Shown: one piece after another, positions 63,449 through 64,000 of the stretch
Layout: each line of letters begins with the position of its first letter
Position numbering within the stretch: the first letter of the stretch is position 1
Assembly: GCA_002104905.1 (NCBI GenBank)
Contig: MCFE01000061.1
Span: forward strand, 124,001-188,000
Length of the DNA stretch: 64,000 bases
DNA from: Basidiobolus meristosporus CBS 931.73
Taxonomy: Eukaryota > Fungi > Basidiobolomycota
Reading direction: 5' to 3'
Notes under the pieces: model-generated
Database searches by the model: none
The model's input: the letters and a program-made list of their open reading frames with translations, nothing else
What the model was told of the DNA's origin: nothing
Program-made: the position numbers and the translations under genes

Positions 63449-64000
63449 TAGGGGGGGGAGACAGTCACCAACAGGTGAAATCTTTATTTCAATTGAAACA
63501 AAGAAGCCAGCGCTACTGTTGTAGCTTTGATACAAGAGTGTGTAGCTGAGGGGAATTTGTAGGTAAGTTAATAAGAAGTGATGATAGTTCTTCAGTGCTC
63601 AAGACACTGTTCAGTGGGAAGGGGGGTAGCAAGAGAGGTAAGAATGACTTGTGAACAACATTAATGAGGGGAATATGATAAGGATTGATATTCATCATAA
63701 AGGGAGTGTGCTGCTGCAGATATTGCTGCCAAAGGTCTGTTAAGTACTTCAGGTAGGCCAGCTTGGGTTTTTCTGACTGCAGAATAAATTCAGCAAACTT
63801 CTTGACTTCAGGATCTCCTAGTATAGTTCTCCAGCAGGAGCCAGGTGTTGTGTGGTGTATTCTCTTCCAGGCCTTAATCAGTGGGTTGTTGCAGTTGTGA
63901 AGTCTGAGGTATAATCTGGTTCTAAGGTAGAGAAGTCTGATCTTATAGGGCATAAACCCAAAGGCACCAAGAATAGCATGTCTGTAGGGGCATTCAGGCA
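63449..64000 (-). mobile_element. Unit 5: 3' end of a LINE-type non-LTR retrotransposon (ORF C-terminus to stop at 63513, ~65-nt 3' UTR); runs off the window
   Basis: Frame is open from the window edge: PECPYRHAILGAFGFMPYKIRLLYLRTRLYLRLH..., resembling the post-RT region of LINE ORF2. The 3' UTR has AATAAA, a TCACC-N4-GGTGA hairpin and a C8-TA end. The RT core itself is not in the window. Confidence 0.65.

Overview
Gene-dense eukaryotic DNA with short GT-AG introns. The gene content (UVSSA, Pol kappa, SMS-type synthase, FUT8-like enzyme, HExxH orphan family) suggests an early-diverging fungus, i.e. Zoopagomycota/Mucoromycota-like (inference only). Bases 1-54 kb hold about 19 protein genes: a bacterial-type MscS channel with 3 introns, a Zn2Cys6 transcription factor, a GNAT, UVSSA, NC2-beta, MAF1, condensin YCS4, a CRAL-TRIO protein, an SMS-family synthase, DNA polymerase kappa, a PTC7-type PP2C, a GH37 trehalase, a 7TM receptor, a Nudix hydrolase, a secreted HExxH protein, an Mms1/DDB1-like propeller, telomerase reverse transcriptase (TERT) and two hypotheticals. 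Bases 54.5-59.3 kb are a strongly CpG-depleted nest of decayed LTR elements: a truncated copia element, two further LTRs of the same family and a nested solo LTR. A GT23/FUT8-like gene follows. The most striking structure is at 62481-64000, about 11 kb from the TERT gene. It is a polar head-to-tail stack of five non-LTR retroelement 3' ends (a LINE and a tRNA-derived SINE sharing one 3' tail). Every unit starts at a TTAGGG-like junction, and one truncated unit is capped by (TTAGGG)3. This resembles a telomere-seeking LINE/SINE system working alongside telomerase. No rRNA, intact tRNA or CRISPR was seen. All calls are by eye; no database searches were run.
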